This document shows, piece after piece, positions 52,299 through 64,000 of a stretch of DNA of 64,000 nucleotides (within the stretch, counting starts at the first letter, position 1; each line of letters starts with the position of its first letter). The notes below the pieces were generated by a model. That model did no database searches, was not told the origin of the DNA, and worked only from the letters and a program-made list of their open reading frames with translations. Source of the stretch: Tubulanus polymorphus (Eukaryota; Animalia; Nemertea). Location of the stretch: NCBI RefSeq assembly GCF_964204645.1, contig NC_134033.1, forward strand, positions 5,914,231-5,978,230. The letters are read 5' to 3'. Position numbers and translations under genes: made by a program.

Positions 52299-53535
52299 CA
52301 CAGGGACTTGTCACGACTGATAATGGATGAGACCAATGATGGGGGTACCAGTATCCCTGCAACTGTATAATAAAATAACAAGGGTGGCAACAAATTTTCA
52401 ATCTGACAATGACCTCTCCACTTCAATCGACTGTAATTCCAAAAATTCTCAACCGATTCACATGAAATAAGCTTTAATACAACCTAGAAGACTTTCTGCT
52501 TCGAACGAGCCTACAACCACCACTCTCCGACAATTATCTCACAACGAAATCACCTTTTTTTGACGAGAGATAGCTCAAAATGGAGGTGTACCGATTCTAT
52601 GGTGGACAGCAAAATGGTCGTTTTTTTCAATTCAAACGATGATTTCTATGTGAGATCTTAGAGAAAACCCCAACAAACCATACATTTTTTAAAACTACGC
52701 GGTCATACCTGTACGCTTATCTCATTTATTTGTATAATCCACGCGATGGGTGAGCTCACAAGCTCAAAATCGAAAATGAGGACAAACACGGCGTTCAACT
52801 TGTCATCAACTGGGCGGCCATTAATCACGTGATATCGTAGTAACGGGCTAAATATTTCACGCGCATTGATTGGCTTAGAGATTTCGAAAAACATTACAAA
52901 ATTTATTAAAAGTTCTGTTAATTAATAAAATATCCGTATTATGAAAATATAGTGCAATATTCGTCTGAGGGGTGGTAATATTAGCAAATATTTCCTTTTT
53001 TCAAGTCTACAGAAGTAGACTTGTGCGATCGTGCGAGGTGACTTTTTCGTATATTTGTTCGATTTTGAGCTTGCGAGCTCACCCATCGCGTGGATTATAC
53101 AAATAAATGAGATAAGCGTACAGGTATGACCGCGTAGTTTTAAAAAATGTATGGTTTGTTGGGGTTATCTCTAAGATTTCACATAGAAATCATCGTTTGA
53201 AGTGAAAAATACGACCATTTTGCTGTCCACCATAGAATCGGTACACCTCCAATTTGAGCTATCTCTCGTCAAAAAACGGTGATTTCGTTGTGAGATAATT
53301 GTCCTAGGTGGTGGTTAAAGGCTCGTTGGAAGCAGAAAGTCTTCTAGGTTGTATTAAAGCTTATTTCATGTGAATCGGTTGAGAATTTTTGGAATTACAG
53401 TCGATTGAAGTGGAGAAGTCATTGTCAGATTGAAAATTTGTTGCCACCCTTGTTTTTTATGTTATACAGGGATAGTGGACCTGGTCATTGATATTGGTTT
53501 TATTCATTCACTATCAATTGTGACAAGTCCCTGTG
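52299..53535. mobile_element. Non-autonomous foldback DNA transposon with ~476-bp TIRs and 8-bp TSD GACGAGCT
   Basis: CACAGGGACTTGTCAC...GTGACAAGTCCCTGTG; TSD at 52291-52298 and 53536-53543. Confidence 0.9.
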
Positions 53536-53949
53536 GACGAGCTAGTAGCAAATTTCGTCTAAAAAATTTAGGGTATCCAAACGTAAACGCCCCGTGGCAA
53601 AAACGGTGCGTTGTAAAAAAGCACTCTCACTCTCATTGAAGAAAGTCCGGGCTCTATCTAGTCGAGCTGAAATCACAAATATGAAATGTAGCTGCAAAGC
53701 AGCGATAACGGGTTTTCTGCACAGCCTTGTTCGTATCCTTGATCTTGTGTGGATAATGTGTCGACCAATAAATGCGTCTGATCTGTCGCAGCCCCCAATA
53801 TGCTATGAAGGGAATTTAGAATCCTGTTCAACGGTCAACACGGTTTTATTTTAAGGAAGGTCTACCAACAGTCAATTGGGCTTACTTGAAAACATGGATA
53901 ATTGGACCAGATGGTTTTTTGACTTGAAAATCGATTGTTAGGGCTTAAT

Positions 53950-54230
53950 TAGTGTTTATAGATTTCGAAAAAGCATTTGGTAAGGTAATACATCAGCGAT
54001 TAATAAACAAGCTATTAGGGGTATCAATGATCATGGGTCGCTTAAATGGCTCAGCATTTTTCTACAAAAGAAAAAAGGTGGCCGAAATCAACTGTCTCAT
54101 CTTAGTAATAAGATCTAGTTAGTGGAGTAACGCATGGTAGTATCCTAAGTCGCCTTCTCTTCACTGTCAAATGATATACAGAATAATCCAAAATGTAGAA
54201 GACCAGTGAATTTCCGAAACGACCTAAACA
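53950..54230 (+). mobile_element. CR1-like RT fragment
   Basis: DFEKAFGKVIHQRLINKL and SGVTHGSILSRLLF, degenerate forms of DFxKAFD and GVPQGSVLGP. Confidence 0.65.
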
Positions 54231-57200
54231 AGCTGTGCTCTGTATATGGTCAGAAACAAGGCATAATATGGATATATTATAGGTTCTTATTATTTTACGT
54301 ACGAGTGAAAAAGATTATTATGTTCGAATGAAGATTACTCCTTACCACGAAAAGACTATTTAGTTCCACGAGAAGATTTTTCCTTTGGAATGAACACTTC
54401 GATCGATATACTTGTTCAAACGAAAATCTTTTGTTCCGAAAAATTTTGTTCAAATGAAAAAACAATTCTGTTCGATCGAGCACTATATTTTTTGTACGAG
54501 AGAAAAACTTTTTTCCGACAAAAAAAAAATTTGAGCGAAAACAACAAAAAGTTTTGCTTGAACGAAAGCAACTTTGATCTGACAAAAAAGATGTTCAAAC
54601 GAAGAAAGGATCTTCTTCAACTTGGGCTCCGTAGTAACAAAAGTCATCAGGAATTAATGAAATACCAGTTTCATTTATGATGAAAAAACTCAAATGAACA
54701 CTCTGGTTTATAAAAATAGCTGCTCAGACGAACGTTTACAGCTTAAAAAAACAAAATCGTTATATGTAGGCCTACGTATGCGCGTAGGCCTGACAGAAGG
54801 CGCTTAGGCCTATTGCTATTCAACCCTCCTAAACATCGTATTTCTACACCTTATTTAACAGGGGTAGGTCTCTGGTGTATTCGATTCATAGAATCAATTT
54901 CATTTTTCGGATTATGAAGAAACATATCTTTCGTTGCCGGATTTTTTATTGCAAATTTTCTTCGAAGTTCAATCCATGTGTCCGTAGATAATCACAACAT
55001 TTATACTGTATTTGTTTGAAACAGTCAAGCACAGTAGGCCTAAGGTCGCGTTCAACTTACTCAAAAAACACTTAAATCGCCCTCGAAACGATCTCCTATC
55101 ACCCGCGGCATCGAAAACACTAACTCCAAATATCAAGCGTAAGTCCAGCTTACGGGTGTTATATACAGGCATTTTGTCAATAACCTGTGGATTTGGTAAA
55201 GATCGGTATGTACTGTAGGAAAAATAGATTATTGATAAATGGTTGAAGCCCGCGGCCGAATCACTGGTAGAAATTAATTCAATTGTTTTGATACCTCGTC
55301 AACACAACAGCTTTTCTCCGCTGCATCAGTTCGGCGTGGTTAGGCCTACGACTTATCGTAGTAAAGATCCGGTACATTTGGTGGAAGAAAATGGAATATT
55401 GTTAAACTAACTGTTTGAAGCCCGCGGCAAAATCGCTGGATGAAATACATTGATTTGTACTTGATTTGATTCCCATGGTGAGGAGAAACTCGCAGCGGAT
55501 CCGAAAAAAGTGTGGAAAAGGAAAAAAAAGATTAAATCACGCGAATATCAATAGGGTTTTCTGTGGAGAAACAGAAAACCCTAATCATACCGATGGATCG
55601 ATGCCTCGTTTTAAGAGTTCATAGGGGACATCCTTTCTCATCGCTACCGTTCTACACTCTATTCTATGGAATTTATTAAGCAAATAATAATTCATGTAGC
55701 CAATAACATCAGTCATACAATCGATGTTTTTACACTTGTTCGTTAAAAACATTAGCTTATAATAACCAACAAGAACAACAACAAGTTAACAACCGAATTT
55801 TATTTTTATTTTCTTTGAGAGCACAACGGCGATTTCATTTTATTCTCTAATAGTTTTGCCGTACATCTATTGCAATATATCGTTCATTGTAATTGTATGT
55901 TTTAGAAGATATCACTCAAAAGCAGTATTGGCCAAGTAATGGACCAAGGAAAATATATTCTTAGAACGTTGATAATATATCAGGAGTAACTGCCTCCTCA
56001 AGAAATAGCAGTAGTTTCATATTTTAGCGTGAATTTGTAAAATAATCGGGATGATCAATTCAAAAGTGGAACGAGTGCAAATATGTCGGAAAATGCATTA
56101 CATACGACGAATATTTGTGAAGACTAACGGATTTCGTACCGAGTTCATTAAAGCGGTATGAACATGTCTTTTGACTAACGAAAAATTTCGGTTTTGTGCG
56201 CGATAGGAATAGTCCAAGCAGCTGAATATGAATAGCAACTTTCCAATTACCTACTCCTCTAAGCTTTTAGCGGAAAACGGATGTGAAAAGCTCGATCAAA
56301 TGTCACTATCAAAGTAGTAGATGATGCTCGTCATTTGGGGAATCCACATTTAGTGTTTACGGTGACAACATCAGTTAGTTCAACAACACAGTTTCGATTA
56401 AATATGACGATAATATAAGTGTAGAGAGTTATTTTAAATAAATCTTTGCAACGTTCTATACTTGTCAGTATTAGTCTTTATTTTGCATTGCTCGAAAACT
56501 TCCCTCCCTTCCTTCTGTAGAACACTGGTTGAACCTTTTAATTTCAACTTTGTTTTAAAACAAAGATAAAATTCGCCAGCCCTCGTAACTCAACAGAAAG
56601 AATTCTGGTGAAAACTAGGGTTTTTATGTGGCCTAGCACGCGGGTTTGTCACAATACCAAACCATCCAATCGGACCTATCATGGATGCAACAAGATTCCA
56701 CACAACGCGATCGTGACAGACACAATTCTTGAAAAATGTTGCTTAAAAAATCATCGCTTAAAGGCATGGTTTCCATTAAAATTGAATTGGCAAATCTGCG
56801 TAAACATCCTTTATCGTATCGCTTTAGGCACGGTTTCCATTAAAATTGTATTCTGGAATTGTTTTGGTGGGCCATTTACAAAATCTCTGTCAAGTTCAAA
56901 TGATTTTCAATTTGCACTAGAAGACTCTGTCATAGCTGATTAAATTTCATTAGATATTGATTTCCATTGGTTCAATATCGTTCCATTACCATCACAGGGT
57001 GCCTGGACGTATGTGGACGCACAGCGTCAATGGCACCGTCCAGGGTCCTGTCATCGATTCTACATTGTTATCGCTATTGAAATATGCTATGTTTGCTACT
57101 GTGATTGCATTTTGATGACGAAATAAATAACGATAATTGTAATGAAGATAATAATAATGACAATAGATCTCCGTTGTGTCGATCCCTGCATATCAGTCTC

Positions 57201-57409
57201 ATTGATCTCATTCGAATGTTCATCTGCACTTATCCCCGAATCAGGGAATCGATCATGAGAACTGACATTTTGTTTGCAACGCTCAAAGCGTCACCAGTGC
57301 GATCACTAGTGTAGTTAAACACACACGGAAGAAATGTATCAACAGAGATGGTCATATCGCACGATTTAACTTTGGAGGTAAATGCTTATTCGATCCAGTC
57401 TAACAAAGT

Positions 57410-60400
57410 ATGGAAATCACAACGATTCAAATCGCGTATCTTACCATCATCTGGGTCTCTTATTGCATTGGCAAAACTGAGGCGTATACATCTTCTAAAT
57501 CGACGCTCAAACTTTCTACGGAAATGAATGTCGTGACAGAACAACAGCAACAACAACAACATCATGCTGATGTGTCGTTATTGGGATGCGCGATACTTTG
57601 TTCAACGCGGTATCAAACTTGTAACTATATGACCTACAACTCCGAAAATAGAAGTTGCGGAATTCCATTCAGAAACTATTCTGATGTCCTCGTGTTATAC
57701 GATCTGGATATTCCAAGGATTCCAGCTTTCTTTGAAGAGATGTTCATGACTGGTAAGTGGCTATATTGTCAGTGGCCTGGTTTTTTAGTCTGCGGCCCGT
57801 TAATTATTTTGTGAAGATCAAGTTATAAAGTTGTTGTGCGTTTGACGTGTATTCTAACGTTTGTAGTTGGTGTGGAGTAAGCCGGTGAGGCGGTTATAAG
57901 TAAGGGACTTTCTACATTGTATTCAGCGTGGTCTTGTTCTGTTTTGGTTATTGTATTATTTGCTGTTAGGGATGTCTAGAATGTTGGCTCCGGAAATCGA
58001 TTCAATCCCCAACTTTCTGCTCATATAGCCACTTTTCTATTCATGTCTTTATTCTTAAGCCATGTGACTAATTACTAACCGATTGTTAGTTGATTGTCTG
58101 TCCGGTCGAAATTACTCGGTTAAACAGTTGGGATGTTTGGTTCCGGACGTATGTAGAAAATCTGGGTTTTAAAAAGTAGGTTAATATCCATTCAGTATGC
58201 CTATGCCAAATGCACTTTAAAGCGGTACCCCTAGTAGGACAAGACTTCTCCTGGAATCACTTTTTGTTTCTCATAGTAAAAATTACGATCTTTATGCTTA
58301 CTACTTACTGCACTACGGAATTGGTCGAACACAACCACAAAAAAAGAAAAGTATCTCGACAAGAAACCTTATTGTGATAATCCGTTTGGAAGTTTTATTC
58401 ACCTACGTACCATGAATTGAATCGATTTCATGATCGAAAACAAGATATTTGCTTACGGAATAATACTACATGTATTATAGTATATTCCGTTTCAGAGCAA
58501 CGTGCGCATTCTCGAAACATCATGTGAAAATCAGGCTTTGTTTTGCTTTCTGAGTTTAATGATTCGTGTTTAATAAGCACTGTGTGCACCAGGCGTTTAA
58601 CCCGCCGCCAATAGATATTGCGTGAATCGAAATGACAAATAAAGATTATCCACAGGATAGTAGGCTACATAATTGATGCGTGTATTTTCCGCATTTTTAG
58701 AAACAAAAGAGAGGCGTCACATACGATTAAGTTAGATAACCGTCGTTTGGTATACAATTAGATAGTTTTGCGATAAACTTAACGTTGCTATGATAGAACA
58801 TTAATTAGTTGATGAACCACAATGTCAGTATGTTACTTCCGCACGATATTTGTCGTTATTAGACATCAATTAGATGTCGAGATTACTCAGTCGTGACATT
58901 ATCTACGCTAGTTGCAATGTGGTTTGAAATGATCGCATTATTATGTATTAGAAATCATAATCATATCGAATGGTATCAATTAAAAGAGGCGAATAGTTTA
59001 CAGATTGTATAACGTATGATATGCTTGCGAATGTTATAACTAAGCTGAGGCTGGCCATCTATTCATGGTTGTGCCAATGCGATCAAGAAACAAAATCGCA
59101 CATCATCGTCTTGTCGGATTTCCCACTCATTAGATTCAACACGGAAATTGTGTGTCATTTGTATCTCTGTCTCTAAAACGTTTCCGTAGATCTCAATGGG
59201 ATATCGGCACGGCTACTGTGACAAGCGAGGATTGCTCGATAATTCCATCTTATTTCAATTTTTATTCATTTTCATTTCAATTTTATTCTGTTGCTTCAAT
59301 TTCTTCTACATTTCAGTTAAATTTGAATGAACATCGCCAATTAAGATGCAGATTTTTAGTGAAATTTATATAGCATGCTCTTATATCAACTCTCAACACA
59401 ACAATTTGATGTTATTTGGATTGTGGCGAACGCCAGTTAATAGTTTATGTTTAGTAGAAATAGGTCATCTTTGTAGTATTCCCGCCATGCATGTCAATCA
59501 TATTAGCATGAGCATGTGCTGTCCGCGGAGTCGGAAACAAACAGTTGTATTCTGCATATCAAACAAAAAGGTCTTCTTTCATTCTTTCTCTGCGTCGAAC
59601 TGATTTCTTTTGTGGAACTCCAAGATCTCCACATGGATTTCGGAGCCGGAAAGACCTGTTCAAATTTCTTAAAAAGATAACCTATTTTTCTCTACGAGTA
59701 CGTAACTCTGAATGCGCCATCTGGTGTGAGCCGGTACCCAGGTCAGTATTTCACTCCTCAATTTTTACGATGCTTTTCTAATTTTCAATTTTTCCCACTT
59801 ATTTATTCTTTTCTATTTCAAGACATCAGCAAAGAATTTCTACTTTACACTTTTCCAGCCAAAATCTGTACTCCAAGTAAGGAAGAACATGCCTTTAGAG
59901 ACCGATGGTTCAAATTGTCCAATATATAAGAACACGTGCTAAGAACTTATAATACAATCGGTCACCAAAAATTTCGATATTGGTGTACTAAATACTGCCT
60001 AATCCGAATACGAAAAACCTGTTACTTTCAAGTTTAAGGTGAAACAGTGACATACTTGTAGCTCAATGATATCGTTTTCTCTTTTGCAGACGCGTGGGTT
60101 TTGCTGTTCATAGCTAGCTCTGCAGAAAGCGATTCATCCCCTGGTAGTATATATGATGGGTGGGTAGGGGCACCATCTTCAAAAGAGCCACCGCCAGGGG
60201 GCGTTAAATATAGGTGTAACTGTATTTGGAAAAGTCCAATCGTTACACAGTGGAACTCACTAGGCTTTAAAAAGGTACGTATGGCAAATATTTCTCGAAC
60301 TCTATTATCAGTTATCCATAATGTATTAATTCTACTTCCGTTTTTTTATGAAATTTTGCGGTAGAAACCGTTACAACAATGTTTATATACATCGATAACC

Positions 60401-63400
60401 ACTATGCATCATTCTTATGACTACCGCATGATTCGATGTTCACTACGTCATCAATATCGGCGTTTAAAATATGTAAAATACAGTTCTGCATTTTGGCGTT
60501 TATTTTATTATCATTTTTTAATGCTATGACTTATTTTCTAATGCAATGAATTAAGTAGATATTTTCCTCATTTTGGATTTTGAACGGATTTTGGGGTTAG
60601 CCTGGTTTATATTGGTTGCCAGTCAATCCAATTCAAACTAAATCGTCGATATATTCAAATTCAAAATAACTTTTTTGTTCCATTAATATTATATTCTATA
60701 AGCGTTCGTTACCTCAAGTGCATTATAGCATTAAATAGTTCCAGCAAAGACTAATCACAACGGATAGGTATTTGAAATTAATCTGCCAATATTGGTTTTA
60801 TTGAAGTACGACATACTGACAAACCGATATACCGACATACCCGTGGCAGGGGGCTTGGATCGAGGGGCTGTGTGTTTGCGTACATTACCCTATTATAAAG
60901 TGGCTGGGATCGTGTGGCTGGATTTTTGCGTGGATTATCCCCGGCTGGATCGAGGGACTATGAGTATATCGGTCAGTCGGTTTGTCGGTATGTCGGGAGG
61001 AAAACTCAAGCCGAATTGCTCCTTTTATATAATGTTACTTTTAGCGGGGCACTATTCAACACTATACTGGACTTGAAACAGTTCGTATTAGTTTTGAGTT
61101 ATATCTGTTCAAAATTTTCTACTGTGCATCGCCCTTTTGAAGACTCAAAACTTCCTCTCATTCTATCGTTGACTTAGGTAAAACTCAGCCTGTATACCGG
61201 TGGCCACCAGGTCGCATTTCTAGAATTCGATGGTACCGGATCCGATACGATTAACTGGTTTTCGAAAAGTCGATTGCTCTCATCAACATGGACGGATCTA
61301 CGATTCGATTCGCCAACAAACTATTTTTCAATAGTAGGACAGTAAGTTGCCACGTTGTGGTAGGAGGGAATTTACGTAATATTCTTTTCTTATAGTTTGT
61401 AACCACAATGTATATCTTGTGTGCCCTTTTTGCTCATGTGTTTTTTTCTTGCATGAAACGCCTCTTTAGTGACTTGTATAGATTGAAATGTATTTTGTCT
61501 CAATGCTCTCAGTTAAAATGAGCCCCTCTTTGAAAAGTGATAAGATTAATTTAAATGAAGCCACCACATTTCGGCGATTGATGCCTATCAACCGTCATCA
61601 GATGGAGTAACCAAAAACAGAAAACTCAGAGAGTCAGAAACTGAGAAAAAAATGGGTAATGCAACAAGGGGTACCTTAAAAACCTCAAGTGGAACCTCGT
61701 TTAAACTCGAATACAACTTTTTATCGGAGAAGTAAGCAAGAAGAAGCCCCAAGTAAGAAAATTTAATTAATTTCATTTCTGGTTATAACGAACTAATCGG
61801 TTAACGAACATATTTTCTGGTCCCGTTCATTGTTACGAGGTTCCGCTGTAGAGGATATGGATTACACAGTGACAGGTTCAGGAATTAACCGAATATAAAT
61901 AAAGATTTTGTCCAGACATCAATTGATAATGTGCAGAAAACGGAGTATTCGTTAAATTTCGAAAATTCATAAATAAGAGCTGACTCCATATTGTATCTAG
62001 TGGTAAATATCTTAACAGGATAAGTTAGTTACGAATTCTGAAAATGCAATAGGTGATTGGATAAAAAACGTAATTAGCAACCACACTTTCGGGCTTTTGG
62101 TTGCAAATGTATATAAAATAGGATAAAAACCCACTATGTACAATTAAAAGAATTTAAAATCGAGAATTTATTCATAGAATGTAAAAAAGACGACGTTTCG
62201 ATCTCACACTAGATATCATCGTCACGGTGATCTCTAGTGTGAGATCGAAACGTCGTGTTTTTACATTTTAGAAATGAATTCTCGAATTGGATTTTAAATT
62301 CTTTTAATTGTACATAGTGGGTTTTTATCATGTGATTCGTTCACCACGTTTGAGTGAGGTTATCGTACTTATATATTCAATAATTGGCCCAAGTCCGATA
62401 TACGACATTATAGTGCAACGTGTAGAGATACTTTTGGAGTAAATCGGGGAATTAATGCGCAAGCTGAAATATAAAAGCGTAGTAATATGGAACTAAAAGA
62501 AGTTCCATGAAAATAGATCCTTGATTGGGGATCCATATTCTACAGCTGATGACAGGCGACACCTTACATACTAGGGTGATGGCTCTAAATGACGGTTGAC
62601 AGATGACACCCAACACACCAGTTAGGTGACGACTCCACAGGACGGTTGACAGATGACACCCTACACACCAGTTAGGTGACGACTCCACAGGAAGGTTGAC
62701 AGATGACACCCTACACACCAGTTAGGTGACGACTCCACAGGACGGTAGACAGATGACACCCTACACACCAGTTAGGTGACGACTCCACAGGACGGTAGAC
62801 AGATGACACCCTACACACCATTTTGGTGACGACTCCACAGGAAGGTTGACAGGTGGACACCCTACACACCAGTTAGGTGACGACTCCACAGGACGTTTGA
62901 CATGTGACACTCACACATCCTCCCTATGATAACCCAAGATGAACGACTTTTCTGGTTGCATTAGAAGAGAAAGAAATATCATTAAAAAGTAAACGTCGTT
63001 GCCATCTGCAATTCGATCAAATTGAAACCCCACCGATACGATTACGAGCGCACCGTCATACCACAAGACCAACGAGGCCGCTGACAACCAAGTGAATGTT
63101 TTAACTATCTACAGTACCTCACCTTACCCTAATCCTATCCCTAGGGGTAAAACGGAACCCTCTGGACCCTCTTCTCACCCTTTTGACACTAACCCTATCG
63201 AAACCCTAGCCCTAGACCCAATATAATGATTTTATTGTTACTTTTATTAGTTAATACTATATATATATATATATATAAGAATACTTATGATTCTTACACA
63301 CTGCATATATGATAAACAATATCAGCAAAAGGCAGATGAAATAAAAGCCACACTGCAGTCATGGTTGACAGGTTGCCAGCTCGTCTCGTCGTGGACTCTA

Positions 63401-63748
63401 ACTGTCAACTGTCAACTGTCAAACGCTGTTAACACTGACCGAAGAACGCAGTGTAACTCTACACACGCACTATAATGTCGTATACTGGACTAGCGCCCAA
63501 TGCTTTATTAACGGGTTAAATGCTAAATGCATATCAGGATCAATTCTATTCTACATCTTTTCTACATTTTAGCTTTAGGTCCAGCGATTTACGTCGGAGA
63601 TTTTTTGTCAGTTCGGTTTACGGTGGATGCCCGAACGATCAGTTATGGATGGCAGTTCAAGACCCGAAGCCTCAGTTGGGAGGTTGTAGTTACGACAGAA
63701 AATCAAATACACCTTTAATAGCTTATTCTCCATTCAAGACGAAAACAG
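57410..63748 (+). CDS. Secreted protein: signal peptide, poly-Q, PAN/apple-like domain and an uncharacterised Cys/Trp domain. Exons 57410-57752, 60090-60274, 61178-61341, 63573-63748; probably continues beyond the window
   Basis: Hydrophobic N-terminus; SLLGCAILC...CNYMTYN....C; phase-consistent GT-AG junctions giving WVLLF..., VKLSLY..FDGTGS..NWFSKSRL, RRFFV..YGGCPND. Confidence 0.75.
60809..60996. mobile_element. Small MITE-like inverted repeat in an intron
   Basis: cgacatactgacaaaccga...tcggtttgtcggtatgtcg. Confidence 0.55.
61686..61850. mobile_element. Tc1/pogo-like MITE
   Basis: agtggaacctcgt...acgaggttccgctgTA termini. A similar TA|CAGTGAACCCTC start occurs at ~63950. Confidence 0.5.
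62122..62329. repeat. ~208-bp palindrome containing Penelope-type hammerhead-like cores
   Basis: Arms gataaaaacccactatgtac.../...gtacatagtgggtttttatc; centre GATCTC-tagtgt-GAGATC-GAAAC-GTC. Confidence 0.75.
62541..62915. repeat. 50-bp minisatellite, ~6.5 good copies plus one degenerate copy
   Basis: Unit gacggttgacagatgacaccctacacaccagttaggtgacgactccacag. Confidence 0.95.
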
Positions 63749-64000
63749 GTGAATCAAATTTGTTGTACACCGACGTATCGTACTTGTACTAAAGATCGTA
63801 ATTGATTATTTCAAATCTAGCGATTGTGATGTGCGATAGACTAGTGATGTAAGCTATATTTTATTTGCAGACTATAGGCTTAAATTAAATCATTGCGATC
63901 CTATTGTTAACGATATACACAGTACATAAATACATGATCCAAAACATTGTACAGTGAACCCTCCGATATACCGCCCTCCCATATACCGCCACCCCCGCCT

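Noticed and set aside
62591-62915. Possible CRISPR array
   Set aside because: Contiguous near-identical 50-bp units with no unique spacers; eukaryotic context and no cas genes.

Overview
AT-rich animal genomic DNA with spliceosomal introns; the repeat and gene content looks like a marine invertebrate (inference). The centrepiece is an 18.4-kb Polinton/Maverick-type endogenous virus (10580-28975) with a 6-bp AATATA target-site duplication (TSD) and ~357-bp terminal inverted repeats (TIRs). It encodes pPolB, rve integrase, A32-like ATPase and major and minor capsid proteins, and sits inside the protease codons of a decayed minus-strand Ty3/Gypsy LTR retrotransposon (~7284-32135). Unusual properties of the Polinton: (i) each end is itself a 187-nt imperfect palindrome that can fold into a flush terminal hairpin; (ii) 14 of its 17 genes start exactly at TAAATG, the poxvirus late-promoter/initiator motif, though it encodes no RNA polymerase; (iii) one gene instead has a host-type CCAAT/TATA promoter and a spliced leader; (iv) it carries a block of membrane-protein genes and no recognisable adenain protease. 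Together these suggest, as inference only, a possible hyperparasite of a pox-like cytoplasmic virus. Host sequence includes the 3' part of a DSTYK-like GTPase/pseudokinase gene (<1-4159), a tandem array of secreted PAN-domain genes (one apparently intact, two decayed), a Penelope-like element, a 1.2-kb foldback element with an 8-bp TSD, LINE fragments, MITEs and a 50-bp minisatellite. Coordinates were read by eye; no database searches were run.
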